A stretch of DNA of 64,000 bases from an uncultured Clostridia bacterium (GTDB lineage: Bacteria > Bacillota > Clostridia > TANB77 > CAG-508): contig CALXFG010000001.1 in NCBI GenBank assembly GCA_944387505.1, positions 148,247 to 212,246 of the forward strand, written 5' to 3'. The position numbers and the translations under genes are program-made. Position 1 is the stretch's first letter, and each line of letters begins with the position of its first letter. The notes below the pieces were generated by a model, which was not told the DNA's origin, did no database searches, and saw nothing but the letters and a program-made list of their open reading frames with translations. Below are positions 9,497 through 20,174 of the stretch, piece after piece.

Positions 9497-10009
9497 ATGA
9501 AAAGGAAACGGAGAAAAAGAGAATTAACAGTAAAACAGGTGAAAACAATAGCATCCATCATTAGCATTTGCCTTTTTCTTGGTGTTGTGATTATGGGCAT
9601 CTACCATGGAGACTTCAATAGCAATAGTCTAGAAGATGTTATTCTTGAAAGATTAGGGTATTATATAATACTTCTGATGGGCATAATATTTATTTATCGC
9701 TTAATATTAATTTTGGGAAAAGTTCCTATAAGAGAATTGGAAGAAGAAGACTACAAGATAAGAGCGGAAATTATGGAAATGTTGTCCAAAACAGAATTTA
9801 AAGAGGTGAGTTTTCAGATTAAAGATCCTGAAAGTTCAGTAGAGATGTTGATGGACATCTTAGAGGCAGAAGGGTGCAAATTCTATGCGAAATTTGATGA
9901 TGAAGAAGATGGAATTATCCTTAAATGCATAGACAAGCGTGGTGAAAAGATTTACCAAGATACCATAAGAAATGGATTTTATTTTAAAACATTTTTCAAA
10001 GTTTCATAA
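9497..10009 (+). CDS. Hypothetical membrane protein (basic N-terminus, two hydrophobic helices)
   Basis: Strong RBS taggagga upstream, and a terminator hairpin at about 10020-10060. Codon 5 is an in-frame CGG followed by A. Confidence 0.5.
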   Translation: MKRKRRKRELTVKQVKTIASIISICLFLGVVIMGIYHGDFNSNSLEDVILERLGYYIILLMGIIFIYRLILILGKVPIRELEEEDYKIRAEIMEMLSKTEFKEVSFQIKDPESSVEMLMDILEAEGCKFYAKFDDEEDGIILKCIDKRGEKIYQDTIRNGFYFKTFFKVS

Positions 10010-10224
10010 GTAAAAATAAAATGCGAGATGATGTTATATAAAACAGAATCTCGCATTTTGTACTTGACTTTGAAGACAAACCTAACAAAACGACAAATCT
10101 ATACTAAAATCTTGGTATATAAGGATATTAGCAATCATTAATATTCTCTGGACAAAAGAAGGTTTTTATAATAAAATACAGTTAGATAAGAAAATGCATA
10201 GATATTACAAAAAATGGAGGAAAT

Positions 10225-10689
10225 ATGGAAGAAAAATTTATGCGAGAAGCTCTAAAAGAGGCGAGAAAGGCATATGATAAATTAGAAGTTCCCGTAGGAT
10301 GTGTGATTGTAAAAGACGGAAAAGTCATCGCAAGAGGACACAATGTAAAAGAAACAAAAAAAGATACCACAAAACATGCAGAAATCATAGCCATACAAAA
10401 AGCAAGTAAAAAGCTAAATTCTTGGAGATTATTAGATTGTGAAATGTATGTAACATTGGAGCCATGTAGCATGTGTGCAGGTGCAATTATTAATGCAAGA
10501 ATCAAAAAGTTATACATAGGTACACTAGATGAAAAAACCGGTGCAGCAGGTTCTGTTTTAAATTTATTTGAAGATTATCCATTTAATCATAAAGTAGAAA
10601 TAGAAACAGGAATACTAAAAACAGATTGTGAAAAAATTTTAAAAGATTTTTTTAAAGAATTACGAAAATCAAAAAATAAAAATACATAA
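10225..10689 (+). CDS. tadA: tRNA-specific adenosine deaminase
   Basis: CMP/dCMP deaminase zinc motifs HAE (KHAEIIAI) and PCSMCAGA. The size of 154 aa fits. Confidence 0.9.
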   Translation: MEEKFMREALKEARKAYDKLEVPVGCVIVKDGKVIARGHNVKETKKDTTKHAEIIAIQKASKKLNSWRLLDCEMYVTLEPCSMCAGAIINARIKKLYIGTLDEKTGAAGSVLNLFEDYPFNHKVEIETGILKTDCEKILKDFFKELRKSKNKNT

Positions 10690-10740
10690 TGTAAAAGTTA
10701 GATTTCACTCTTTATTGCTACTTAAGTGAAACCAGGAGAT

Positions 10741-10769
10741 TTGACGAAATGTAAAAAATACTGTATAAT
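10741..10769 (+). promoter_or_regulatory. Putative sigma-A promoter
   Basis: TTGACG, a 17-nt spacer, then TATAAT, upstream of the 10796 ORF. Confidence 0.5.
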
Positions 10770-10795
10770 ATATCAATATTTATCAGGAGGAAGAT

Positions 10796-11548
10796 ATGAT
10801 TGATAAATTAAAAAAATTAACGAAAACAAAAAGTTTTCATATTTGCATGATAATTGTGATTATTGTGGCTATTTTATTTGTAGTAGGTATGTTAGTTCTA
10901 AGATATAACGTAGAAGGAGAAACCAATATGCCGTTTGATTTAAGTAAAATTGCTATTATTAGTACACAGGAAGGCATAGATGATGGGCAAACCAATACTA
11001 GATGGTCTTTTGATGTACATCAATCAAATGATATTTATCTATATATTGATAAAAATGATGCATATGATAAAACAGAAATAATAAAATCTGTTCGTGTAGA
11101 TAACTTTCAAATAGAAGCTAAGAATACAGAGAATATTAAATTATATAAACCAGATGCAACAGAAGAAAATCTTATATTTCAATATAATGATGATGATATT
11201 ATACAAAGTTTAGAATATACAGGAGATGTAGAATCAGACTTAAAAAATTTAAAAATATCTAACCAAGGTGGTATTATTGCCTTTAGATGTTCAAACAACA
11301 ATGTAGCAAAATATCAATCTGATGAAGAAGAAATTAATCATAGTGAATTATTAAAAAAGGCTGGTGTTACAGAAGAGGATTTAAAAGTTAATCTAACATT
11401 TCAATTAACCATAACATTAGAAAGTGGAAAAGAATATCAGGCAGAAATAAAAACAGAATTACCAATAGGAAATGTAATAGATGAAGGAAATACTTCTACA
11501 GAAATAACCGACTTAAAAGATGTTGTTTTTAAAAGAACACATAACTAA
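10796..11548 (+). CDS. Hypothetical N-terminally membrane-anchored protein
   Basis: RBS aggagga upstream. A single N-terminal TM helix precedes a soluble domain. No family motif was recognised. Confidence 0.55.
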   Translation: MIDKLKKLTKTKSFHICMIIVIIVAILFVVGMLVLRYNVEGETNMPFDLSKIAIISTQEGIDDGQTNTRWSFDVHQSNDIYLYIDKNDAYDKTEIIKSVRVDNFQIEAKNTENIKLYKPDATEENLIFQYNDDDIIQSLEYTGDVESDLKNLKISNQGGIIAFRCSNNNVAKYQSDEEEINHSELLKKAGVTEEDLKVNLTFQLTITLESGKEYQAEIKTELPIGNVIDEGNTSTEITDLKDVVFKRTHN

Positions 11549-11566
11549 ATTATTCTAAAATAATAC

Positions 11567-11595
11567 TTGATTAAATAGAAAAATCAGTATATAAT
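11567..11595 (+). promoter_or_regulatory. Putative promoter of the SRP RNA gene
   Basis: TTGATT (11567-11572), a 17-nt spacer, then TATAAT (11590-11595). Confidence 0.55.
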
Positions 11596-11601
11596 ACAAA
11601 T

Positions 11602-11745
11602 GGTATATTATTTAATCTTTGTATGGAGAGTATCCAATAAAGACCTATGAATCTTGTCAGGTCCGGGAGGAAGCAGCAATAAGTAGTTTATCTTTATGTG
11701 GTATACTTTCCATAGAGAGATTAAATAATAGGACCATTTTTTTCT
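11602..11745 (+). ncRNA. ffs: Signal recognition particle RNA (small 4.5S-type; ends approximate)
   Basis: Conserved domain IV sequence gtcaggtccgggaggaagcagc at 11656-11677 with a GNRA tetraloop. The 5' segment at about 11606-11636 pairs with 11701-11730. The position immediately upstream of dnaX matches that seen in Bacillus and Clostridium. Confidence 0.65.
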
Positions 11746-11775
11746 GTTAAACAGAAAAGTATAAAGGATGTGATA

Positions 11776-13410
11776 ATGATGGGGTACACAGCTCTTTATA
11801 GAAAATTTAGACCATTGAATTTTTCAGAAATGGTGGGGCAAGATCATATAACAAGAACATTAAAAAATCAAATTATGGCAAATAGAGTAGGCCATGCCTA
11901 TTTATTTAATGGTGGAAGAGGAACTGGAAAGACATCTGCTGCTAAAATATTAGCAAGAGCAATTAACTGTTTAAATCCAAAAGATGGAGAACCATGTAAT
12001 GAATGTGAGATTTGTAAAGGGGCCATTTCCGGCTCTTTAACAGATATCGTCGAAATGGATGCAGCATCTAATAATAGTGTGGAAGATATCAGAAGTATCA
12101 GAGAAGAAGTCAATTTTTTGCCAACAAAAGCCAAATATAGAGTATATATTATTGATGAGGTACATATGTTATCAACAGGGGCATTTAATGCTTTATTAAA
12201 AACATTAGAAGAGCCACCTGAACATGTAAAATTTATATTGGCAACAACAGAACCACAAAAATTACCAGCAACTATTTTATCTAGATGCCAAAGATTTGAT
12301 TTTAAGAAAATATCTAATGAAGATATTATCAAAAGACTAGAAATTGTTTGCAGAGAAAGTAATATAGAAATAACAAAAGAAGCGATGCAGATTATAGCTA
12401 CATTATCAGAAGGGGCTCTTAGGGATGCATTATCTATTTTGGAAAGATGTATTCAAGATGGTGAAAATCAGATTGATGAAGATAAAATAAAAGATCTAGT
12501 AGGAATCCCTAAGATGGTATTTGTTCATGATATTGTAGAAGCCATTATACAATATGATGTCGATAAAGCACTTGTAACTGTTAATAAAGTTTTAGAAGAT
12601 GGAAAAGACATTTCAAATTTATTGTGGGAAATCATAAAATATGTAAAAGATATCTTGTTATATAAAGCAACTAATCATGTAGAATTATATAATGAAGAGG
12701 AAAAACAAAAATTAAAGGAAATCTCAGAAAAGGTTGAGAAGGAAAGGTTAATCAATCTCGTATATGCATTTTCAGAGTTAGAAAATGAAATGAAATTTTC
12801 TACACAAAAAAGTATTATTTTCCAAGCAGGAATTATAAAGTTCTGTAGCAAGTTAACAGTTAATCATAATGGTAATAGTGATTTAGAGCAAAGAGTAGAA
12901 AAAATAGAAAATTATTTAAGAAACCATACTGGAAATGCGAATAGTTATAGACAACAACCAGTTGGTACAGAAGTAAAAATGGCATACAATATATCTGCAA
13001 ACAAAACACAAACTATACCAAAAAATGAAAAGAAGCCAAGTGATAGTTCAAAGAAAATGCAAACATCGACATATTCTAGTAAAGTAGAAGAATATTGGCC
13101 ACAAATTGTAAGAGATTTAAAACAAAATGGAAAAATTGTGTTATATACAAATCTAATGAATACAAGAGCAAGAGAAATTAATGATATGACGGTAGGAATA
13201 GAGTTCCCTAATGGCTTAACATCATTTGGAAAAACGGTTTTAGAAAAACAAGAAAATATAAAAGAACTTACCAATTTGGTTTCTATGGCTTCAGGAAAGC
13301 CAATGAATATAAAATATATTACAAATGTTGGAAATGTAAGAGAGACAAAAGAACCTAATATTAAAAGTATTGCAAATGACTCAGATATACCATTTCATGT
13401 CATTGAATAG
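11776..13410 (+). CDS. dnaX: DNA polymerase III subunit gamma/tau
   Basis: N-terminal YTALYRKFRP, Walker A GGRGTGKTS, zinc module CNECEICK, Walker B YIIDEVHML, and SRC motif LSRCQRF. The start is ambiguous among 11770, 11776 and 11779. Confidence 0.9.
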   Translation: MMGYTALYRKFRPLNFSEMVGQDHITRTLKNQIMANRVGHAYLFNGGRGTGKTSAAKILARAINCLNPKDGEPCNECEICKGAISGSLTDIVEMDAASNNSVEDIRSIREEVNFLPTKAKYRVYIIDEVHMLSTGAFNALLKTLEEPPEHVKFILATTEPQKLPATILSRCQRFDFKKISNEDIIKRLEIVCRESNIEITKEAMQIIATLSEGALRDALSILERCIQDGENQIDEDKIKDLVGIPKMVFVHDIVEAIIQYDVDKALVTVNKVLEDGKDISNLLWEIIKYVKDILLYKATNHVELYNEEEKQKLKEISEKVEKERLINLVYAFSELENEMKFSTQKSIIFQAGIIKFCSKLTVNHNGNSDLEQRVEKIENYLRNHTGNANSYRQQPVGTEVKMAYNISANKTQTIPKNEKKPSDSSKKMQTSTYSSKVEEYWPQIVRDLKQNGKIVLYTNLMNTRAREINDMTVGIEFPNGLTSFGKTVLEKQENIKELTNLVSMASGKPMNIKYITNVGNVRETKEPNIKSIANDSDIPFHVIE

Positions 13411-13492
13411 AAATATATGGTAAGATGGAACTGTAATAAAAAAATCAAATAAAATATAAAACGATATTTATAAAAGAAAGGAATGTGAAATT

Positions 13493-13837
13493 ATGTCAAA
13501 AAGAGGTGGATTCCCAGGAGGAATGGGAGGATTCGGCGGAATGAATATGAATAACTTAATGAAACAAGCAAAAAAAATGCAAGAGGATATGGAAAAATCA
13601 CAAGCAGAGTTAGCAAGCAAGGAGTTTGAAGCAACAGCAGGTGGTGGAGCAATATCTGTAAAAGTATCAGGAGAGAAAATGATTAAAGAAATCAAAATTC
13701 AAAAAGATGTTGTAGATCCTGATGATGTGGAAATGCTAGAAGACTTAATATTAACATGTGTTAATGAAGCTTTAAGACAAGTAGATAGTGCACAAGCTGA
13801 TCAATTAGGAAAATTCAATATACCAGGATTTATGTAA
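13493..13837 (+). CDS. ybaB: YbaB/EbfC family nucleoid-associated protein
   Basis: Gly/Met-rich N-terminus, [16 protein letters not shown], and conserved dnaX-ybaB-recR synteny. Confidence 0.9.
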   Translation: MSKRGGFPGGMGGFGGMNMNNLMKQAKKMQEDMEKSQAELASKEFEATAGGGAISVKVSGEKMIKEIKIQKDVVDPDDVEMLEDLILTCVNEALRQVDSAQADQLGKFNIPGFM

Positions 13838-13846
13838 AAAATAAAA

Positions 13847-13878
13847 GGGATTATCGGTTTTCCGAATAATCTCTTTTT
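13847..13878 (+). terminator. Hairpin terminator after ybaB
   Basis: Imperfect stem gggattatcgg / ccgaataatctc followed by a T-run. Confidence 0.55.
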
Positions 13879-13968
13879 AAACTATTTGGAAAATATAATT
13901 TCCTATCATCTAAAAAATAATATTGTATAAATAAATGAATATATAAACGAATGAAATGGAGGTACAAA

Positions 13969-14568
13969 ATGTCATTATATTCACCATCAATTGAAAAATT
14001 AATAGAAAGTTTTGAAAAATTACCAAGTATTGGACATAAAACAGCAGCAAGACTTGCTTTTTATATCTTGAATAGTTCAGAAGAGGAAACAAAAGAATTT
14101 GTCAATTCCATTTTAGAAGCGAAAAAGAATTTAAAATATTGCAGTATATGTTACAACATTTCTGATACAGACCCTTGTCCAATTTGTAGTAATCCGAAAA
14201 GAGATACATCTTCTATCTGTGTTGTAGAAGATGTAAAAGATATCATTGCGATGGAAAAAACACATGAATTCAAAGGCGTATATCATGTTTTACATGGTTC
14301 CATTTCTCCAATGAACGGTGTAGGACCAGATGATATCAAAATAAAAGAATTATTAGCCAGATTAATGGATGGAACGGTAAAAGAGGTTATCTTAGCAACT
14401 AATCCAAGAGTCGAAGGGGAAGCAACAGCCATGTATTTGTCTAAATTAATCAAACCTTTAGGGATAAAAGTGACAAGAATTGCACATGGTATACCTGTTG
14501 GTGGAGATTTAGAGTATACAGATGAAATTACATTAACAAAGGCTTTAGAAGGTAGAAGAGAATTGTAA
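13969..14568 (+). CDS. recR: Recombination protein RecR
   Basis: [15 protein letters not shown] helix-hairpin-helix, C4 zinc finger [16 protein letters not shown], and a Toprim region. GGAGG precedes the ATG at 13969; the ORF-track start at 13951 is less likely. Confidence 0.9.
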   Translation: MSLYSPSIEKLIESFEKLPSIGHKTAARLAFYILNSSEEETKEFVNSILEAKKNLKYCSICYNISDTDPCPICSNPKRDTSSICVVEDVKDIIAMEKTHEFKGVYHVLHGSISPMNGVGPDDIKIKELLARLMDGTVKEVILATNPRVEGEATAMYLSKLIKPLGIKVTRIAHGIPVGGDLEYTDEITLTKALEGRREL

Positions 14569-14639
14569 ATTAACATAATTTGACAAAATTAAAAAATCTG
14601 ATATAATAATGATATCAAAATGCAGAAAGGGGAGTAACT

Positions 14640-14924
14640 ATGAAACTTGATAATCAGAAACGGTTGATTATTCCAAGTGAACTTTATGAGTTTTCAAATT
14701 TGAAAGGAGTGGATAAGGTATATATTGCCGTAAGGGGTGAAGATATTTTATTTATTCCCGGAAACAGTAAAGAAATGCCAAAAGATGTAAAAATTTATGG
14801 CATTAGAGATTTGGAGGAAAAAAGAAGAGTTATCCTCCCCACACCATTTGTAAAAGTCTCTACTGAATGGGAGATATATCTTTTAAATGGTGAAATATTG
14901 GCAACCCGGAACATCATTTTATGA
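14640..14924 (+). CDS. Hypothetical small protein, possibly with a SpoVT/AbrB-like N-terminus
   Basis: RBS aggggag upstream. KRLIIPSELYEFSNLKG resembles the swapped-hairpin DNA-binding motif, but the match is weak. It contains two in-frame CGG codons (14661 and 14907). Confidence 0.4.
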   Translation: MKLDNQKRLIIPSELYEFSNLKGVDKVYIAVRGEDILFIPGNSKEMPKDVKIYGIRDLEEKRRVILPTPFVKVSTEWEIYLLNGEILATRNIIL

Positions 14925-14934
14925 TGTTCCGGGT
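14904..14934. terminator. Hairpin between convergent genes
   Basis: 13-bp stem acccggaacatca / tgatgttccgggt that overlaps the stop codon of the 14640 ORF. Confidence 0.5.
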
Positions 14935-14960
14935 AATGTTTTGTCATAAACAACAAAATT

Positions 14961-16088
14961 TTATTTTAACAAAATATCACAAATATTTTTGGTAGAATGT
15001 AGTTTTGCCAATTTTTTTGTATTTTCTTTCATGGTTTCTAAAGTTTCTGGATGTGAAAATAAATTTTCTAACATTTCTTGTACATTATCATCTTTTTTAA
15101 TCCATATAGCAATACCATTTTTTACTAAGAATTTTGCATTTTTTTCTTCTTGACCAGGGATGGGATTGATAATGACCATCGGTAAATGAGAAGCTAAACT
15201 TTCAGTTGTTGTTAAACCACCAGGTTTTGTAACTACTAAATCAGAAATACTCATAAATTCTGGAACTTGACTAGTATATTCAAAAACTAAAACCGTATCT
15301 TCTCTTTCATATTTAGAAACAACTTTTTCAAAGGCCAATTTCATTTTTTCATTTTTTCCACTAATGGCTATGATTTGCATATCTTTGCAGTATTTTACAA
15401 ATCCTTCAAAAATCTCAACAGTTCTCGTTTTTCCTAATCCAAATTCTCCTCCACCAAAAAATAGAATTGTTTTTTTATTTGGTTCTAAATTTAATTCTTT
15501 AAAAATTTCTTCTTTATTAAAAGATTTTAAAAATCTATTAGATAAAGGAATTCCTGTTGCAAATATTTTAGAATCTGGAATACCTTTTCTTTTTAAATAT
15601 TTTTTCATATTTTCATGTGCCACAAAATAGTAATCTGTATAATCACAACCAACTAACCATTGATCATGTGGGGCAAAATCTGTCATGATGGTTGCAATTT
15701 TTGAAGAGATTTTACCTTTTCTTTTTAGATAACTACACATTTGACTTCCAAATGGATGTGTAGAAATAATTAGATCAGGTTGTTTTTCTCGTAACAGCTT
15801 TAACAATTTAATGGCCATAATTTTATTAGAACGGCTGGTAATATGAGCAAGTGGTCCTCTTTGAGCATCAGAGTAAATTCTTCCCCAAGCCCAAGGTGCT
15901 TTTTTAGCCATCTCATTATAGGCTTTTGTTGTCATTTTTTCTAGTGCTTTATTCACATATTTCATACAATCAATTAATTCTACATCTATGTTTTTATCCT
16001 TATAATCATTTTTTAAACATTCATGAATTGATTTTGCAGCATTTAGATGACCACCACCATAAGATGCATAAAAAATTAAAATTTTCAT
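14961..16088 (-). CDS. GT28-family glycolipid synthase (MGDG synthase / UgtP-like diacylglycerol glycosyltransferase)
   Basis: N-terminal MKILIFYASYGGGHLNAAKSI and C-terminal KPGGLTTTESLA..PMVI.NPIPGQEEKNA, both typical of this family. Confidence 0.75.
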   Translation of the reverse strand: MKILIFYASYGGGHLNAAKSIHECLKNDYKDKNIDVELIDCMKYVNKALEKMTTKAYNEMAKKAPWAWGRIYSDAQRGPLAHITSRSNKIMAIKLLKLLREKQPDLIISTHPFGSQMCSYLKRKGKISSKIATIMTDFAPHDQWLVGCDYTDYYFVAHENMKKYLKRKGIPDSKIFATGIPLSNRFLKSFNKEEIFKELNLEPNKKTILFFGGGEFGLGKTRTVEIFEGFVKYCKDMQIIAISGKNEKMKLAFEKVVSKYEREDTVLVFEYTSQVPEFMSISDLVVTKPGGLTTTESLASHLPMVIINPIPGQEEKNAKFLVKNGIAIWIKKDDNVQEMLENLFSHPETLETMKENTKKLAKLHSTKNICDILLK

Positions 16089-16300
16089 GATAATCTCCTT
16101 TTTTTCAAAATAATAAGAATAATAGATCCATTCTTATTATTAAAATCATTTGTAGTTCAATTTTAACATAAATACGATAAAATTTCAAAAAATGGAATAA
16201 ATTTTTATAAAAAAGAGAAAATAATGATAGAAAATATATCCAACTATGAATAATAACTAAAAAATAGGTGGAAAATATATTTATATGATGAGGTGATGAT

Positions 16301-16777
16301 TTGAAAAATATTGTTAAAATTCTAACTATATTTATTATATTTGTAATAGCGTTTATTATGTTTGTTACATTTGGTAAAGAAAATTTAAAACAAAATGTTA
16401 GTTATGCAGCAAGTTCGCATACATCAGATGTTCAATTAATGGCAAGAGCGATTAACGGGGAAGCAAGAGGCGAACCATATGAAGGACAAGTAGCTGTTGG
16501 AGCAGTTATTTTAAATCGTGTAAAAGACTCGCGATTTCCCAATTCTATCTCAGGTGTTATTTATCAATCAGGAGCCTTTACAGCAGTAGCTGATGGACAA
16601 ATCAATGCACCGATTGATGAGAATTCTACAGTGTATAAAGCTGCACAAGATGCTTTAAATGGTTGGGATCCTACAGGGGGATGTGTATATTATTTTAATC
16701 CAGATACGGCAACTAATAGTTGGATATGGTCTAGACCACATGTTATCACAATTGGAAAACATAGATTTTGTAAATAG
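16301..16777 (+). CDS. sleB: Spore cortex-lytic enzyme family (SleB/CwlJ catalytic domain) with an N-terminal anchor
   Basis: Hydrolase_2-type motifs ARAINGEARGEPYEGQVAVGAVILNRV and SGVIYQSGAFTAV. The gene lies directly upstream of ypeB. Confidence 0.75.
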   Translation: MKNIVKILTIFIIFVIAFIMFVTFGKENLKQNVSYAASSHTSDVQLMARAINGEARGEPYEGQVAVGAVILNRVKDSRFPNSISGVIYQSGAFTAVADGQINAPIDENSTVYKAAQDALNGWDPTGGCVYYFNPDTATNSWIWSRPHVITIGKHRFCK

Positions 16778-16855
16778 AAAGATCTGTATTAACGAAATCA
16801 AGGATTTCGACGAACAGATATAAAGACTCTAGAAATAACGAAAGGAAGGAAAAAA

Positions 16856-18229
16856 ATGAATAAATTAGTAGAATGGAAAGAAAGATTAAAAAAGGGGCAT
16901 ATGTTTAGCATCATTGTTGTTCTTTTAATTGTAGTTGCTATATTAGGGTTTATTTTATATAAAAAACAAAGAGAATATAGACAAGCTTCAGAAAATTCAT
17001 ATAATATGGCATTTTATGAATTAGTCGATTATGTACAAAATGTAGAAACATATTTGGCAAAGGCATTAATTTCTACTACACCAGAACATGGAGCCGAAAC
17101 ATTAACCAATCTATGGAGAGAAGCGAATTTGGCACAAAGTTATTTAAGTATGTTACCAGTAGCTAGTCAAGAGCTAGAAAATACAGAAAAATTTTTAAAT
17201 CAAGTAAGTGATTATAGTTATTCTTTATCAAGAAAAAATATATATAATGAAAGCTTAAGTGAGGAAGATTTAACAAATCTTGAAGAGTTGCATTCCTATA
17301 GTACAGAATTAGAAAATACATTAAACCAATTATCAGAAGATTTAAATAATGGAAGATTTGAATGGGGAGAATTAACCAAAAAAGGAACGGTAGCATTTGC
17401 ACAACAAGTCGATAATATATCAAAAGAAAGTTTTAGTAACTTAGAAGAAAATTTTCATGAATATTCTGGTTTGATTTATGACGGAGCTTATTCAGAACAT
17501 ATGACAAGCACAGAGAAAAAAGGATTAACAGGGGAAGATATAGAGGAAAATACTGCAAAAGGGCTTGTAGAAGAATTTATAGGAAAGGATAAGATAAAAG
17601 ATATATCTAGTTTAGGACTATCTGAAAACGCAACCATTCCAGCCTATACATTTTCTATCACAGGTAACAATGATGAAAATATTAATATTTCCATTTCACA
17701 AAAAGGTGGACATGTTATTTATATGAATACCAACAGGGAAGTAAATGCACAAATTTTATCACAAGAAGAAGCAACACAAAAAGGGAAAGAATTTTTAGAA
17801 AATAAAGGTTTTAATAGTATGCAAGAAACCTATTATATTACGCAAGAAGGAATTACCACGATTAATTATGCCTATAAGCAAGATGATGTGATTGTATACC
17901 CAGATTTAATTAAAGTAAAAGTAGCTTTAGATAATGGAGAGATATTAGGAATTGAAACAACAGGATACTTAAATAATCATACAGAAAGAGATATCAGCAA
18001 TATACAAATTTCTGTTGAAGAGGCAAAAGAAAATTTAAATCCAAAATTAGAATTAACAAGTGAAGGAATGGCAATTATTCCAACAGAATGGCAATCAGAA
18101 ATATTATGTTATGAATTTAAAGGAAAAGTAAATGATAAAGAATTTTTAGTGTATATCAATGCAGAAAATGGAAGGGAAGAAGATATACTAATCATAACAG
18201 ATACGGGAAATGGTGTTTTGACAATGTAG
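16856..18229 (+). CDS. ypeB: Germination protein YpeB
   Basis: N-terminal TM helix. The region NSYNMAFYELVDYVQNVE...LWREANLAQSYLSMLP...TEKFLNQVSDYSY is collinear with Bacillus YpeB. The C-terminus has PepSY-like repeats. Confidence 0.85.
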   Translation: MNKLVEWKERLKKGHMFSIIVVLLIVVAILGFILYKKQREYRQASENSYNMAFYELVDYVQNVETYLAKALISTTPEHGAETLTNLWREANLAQSYLSMLPVASQELENTEKFLNQVSDYSYSLSRKNIYNESLSEEDLTNLEELHSYSTELENTLNQLSEDLNNGRFEWGELTKKGTVAFAQQVDNISKESFSNLEENFHEYSGLIYDGAYSEHMTSTEKKGLTGEDIEENTAKGLVEEFIGKDKIKDISSLGLSENATIPAYTFSITGNNDENINISISQKGGHVIYMNTNREVNAQILSQEEATQKGKEFLENKGFNSMQETYYITQEGITTINYAYKQDDVIVYPDLIKVKVALDNGEILGIETTGYLNNHTERDISNIQISVEEAKENLNPKLELTSEGMAIIPTEWQSEILCYEFKGKVNDKEFLVYINAENGREEDILIITDTGNGVLTM

Positions 18230-18238
18230 AATTGAAAA

Positions 18239-18280
18239 GGAATTTTGGGGTGCACTTCACCGTCCCCAAAATCCCTTTTT
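18239..18280. terminator. Bidirectional hairpin terminator between ypeB and the vanW-like gene
   Basis: Stem ggaattttgggg / ccccaaaatcc with a 13-nt loop, an A-run on the left and a T-run on the right. Confidence 0.7.
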
Positions 18281-19871
18281 AATGTCTTTTATATGTATCT
18301 TTTGATAATAGTTCTGTACTAACGACCTGACCGTTTTGTTTTAAAATTCTGTAAGCTTCTGAATAAGTAGAATCAGCTGTACTGCTAGTTACATATGAAG
18401 AAATTTCAACATCATATTCATTATTTGTTCGTAAGCCATATATATCAAATTTAGCAATGCCACCTGAAACAGAACATACTAATTTGATAGGATAATCTCT
18501 ATTATTTTTAAATTTAAAATCAATTGAACCATAAACAACTGTAGCATCTCTACTTGCTGAAACATAGGATGGAACAAATTGGTGATTACTTCTTTCTACA
18601 ATTTCTAAATTTGCATAAAGAACAGCGTTATATAATGTAGACGTAATTTGGCAAATACCTCCACCTAATCCATCAACTACTTCACCACTAACATATATAG
18701 GGGCTTCCTTATATCCAGCAGCAATTGTTCTTTCACCTACAACTTGATTATATGAAAATGTTTCACCAGGCATTAAAACTGTACCATTAATTTTAGAAGC
18801 AGCTAGTTGTAAATTGGTTGTCCTATCTCTATCTCTTGTAGAATATGTTGTAGAATATGTTGAAAGCAAATCTGGAAATGCCTCTGTACCAATCATGTTT
18901 GTTGTTACATTAGGATATAGAGTTCTTAAAGGTATTACATATTCTGATTTTTCTTCCGATAACATTTCTTTGGCTTCATCTAAAGAAATAGCGAAATCTA
19001 GACCATTTTCAGATGGATAAACAGCAAATGGATCTTGTGTGTAATAAGCATCAACTGGTTCTTTATATATTTCATTATAAATTTTTTCAATATTAATTTC
19101 AGCAGGTTGTTTAGAAACAGTAGCAATATCTAAAGTTCTATTTTTTAAAGTTAAATTGGAAATACCATTTTTTATATATGTACACATTTGATCGACATTT
19201 ACAACATTACCTTCAAATCCACGGGTAACAACTAAGTTATTTCCTTCAATATAATACCCACTTTCAATAACAGTATCAGGTAATTTAGATGAAATATCAT
19301 TTAAAGCAGTTCTTAATTGCTCCTCATCCAAAGTTACTGTAAGTTCTATATCAGTAGGATCTATCCAAGTTTTTAAGGCTGTAAAACTATTTTCAAATAT
19401 ATTACCAGATTTACCAATTTTATATGCTTGGTCTACAGCAGAATCAATATCAAAATTCACATTAAGAGCAGATAAAGGAATACTTGTCTGATAATCATTA
19501 TGTACTAAGTTGATATTTTCTGGCAAATTTTCATTAATATAGTTTTGAATGGTTTCTTTTGCTTTTTCTGTTGACAAGTTAGAAACATCTACACCTTTTA
19601 TACTGATTCCAAAAATGATGTTTTCATTTCTATTATTTACAAAAGTAAAAACTAAAAAAGCAATACATAATAAAATAATAAAAGCCAAAATACAAATACT
19701 AAAAACACGAATAGATTTTGAATGTAGATGTCTATCATTTTCAGGATGATAGTTTTCTACTGGATGATATTCTTTTTTTTCATTATTTGATTCTTGTTTA
19801 GGTTGTGATTCAACACCTAATAAAGTTACTTTATCTATAGGTTTTTCTAATTCTATGTTTTTTGTATTCAT
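18279..19871 (-). CDS. VanW-family protein with an N-terminal membrane anchor
   Basis: VanW domain signature GGGICQITSTLYNAVLYANLEIVERSNH, plus one TM helix near aa 60-80. Confidence 0.8.
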   Translation of the reverse strand: MNTKNIELEKPIDKVTLLGVESQPKQESNNEKKEYHPVENYHPENDRHLHSKSIRVFSICILAFIILLCIAFLVFTFVNNRNENIIFGISIKGVDVSNLSTEKAKETIQNYINENLPENINLVHNDYQTSIPLSALNVNFDIDSAVDQAYKIGKSGNIFENSFTALKTWIDPTDIELTVTLDEEQLRTALNDISSKLPDTVIESGYYIEGNNLVVTRGFEGNVVNVDQMCTYIKNGISNLTLKNRTLDIATVSKQPAEINIEKIYNEIYKEPVDAYYTQDPFAVYPSENGLDFAISLDEAKEMLSEEKSEYVIPLRTLYPNVTTNMIGTEAFPDLLSTYSTTYSTRDRDRTTNLQLAASKINGTVLMPGETFSYNQVVGERTIAAGYKEAPIYVSGEVVDGLGGGICQITSTLYNAVLYANLEIVERSNHQFVPSYVSASRDATVVYGSIDFKFKNNRDYPIKLVCSVSGGIAKFDIYGLRTNNEYDVEISSYVTSSTADSTYSEAYRILKQNGQVVSTELLSKDTYKRH

Positions 19872-20174
19872 GAAATTCTCCTTTTTTAAATGTCTTTTTT
19901 ATTATAACATAATTCGTCAAAAAATAGTATATTATTCACATAAAATTTAAAAAACTAACAAAATAAATATGAAAAATCAATATAAATAGTTTAATATAGT
20001 CTAATGTTGCTTAATACAGGAAAAATTTTTATATGGCTAAAACAAAAGTTTATAATTATAAAAAAAGGGAAAAAATAAAAATTTTACTAAAATAATTTTA
20101 TATAAAAAAGAGAATACTAAACATATAAAGTTGTATATACAGTTTTATAATTTTAAATTTTTTAGGAGGAAATT

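Noticed and set aside
12795-12806. aaaaaag string in dnaX as a possible -1 programmed frameshift site (E. coli-style gamma/tau)
   Set aside because: The heptamer is not in the required A-AAA-AAG register relative to the dnaX frame (the codons read caa aaa agt). No downstream stem-loop was seen.
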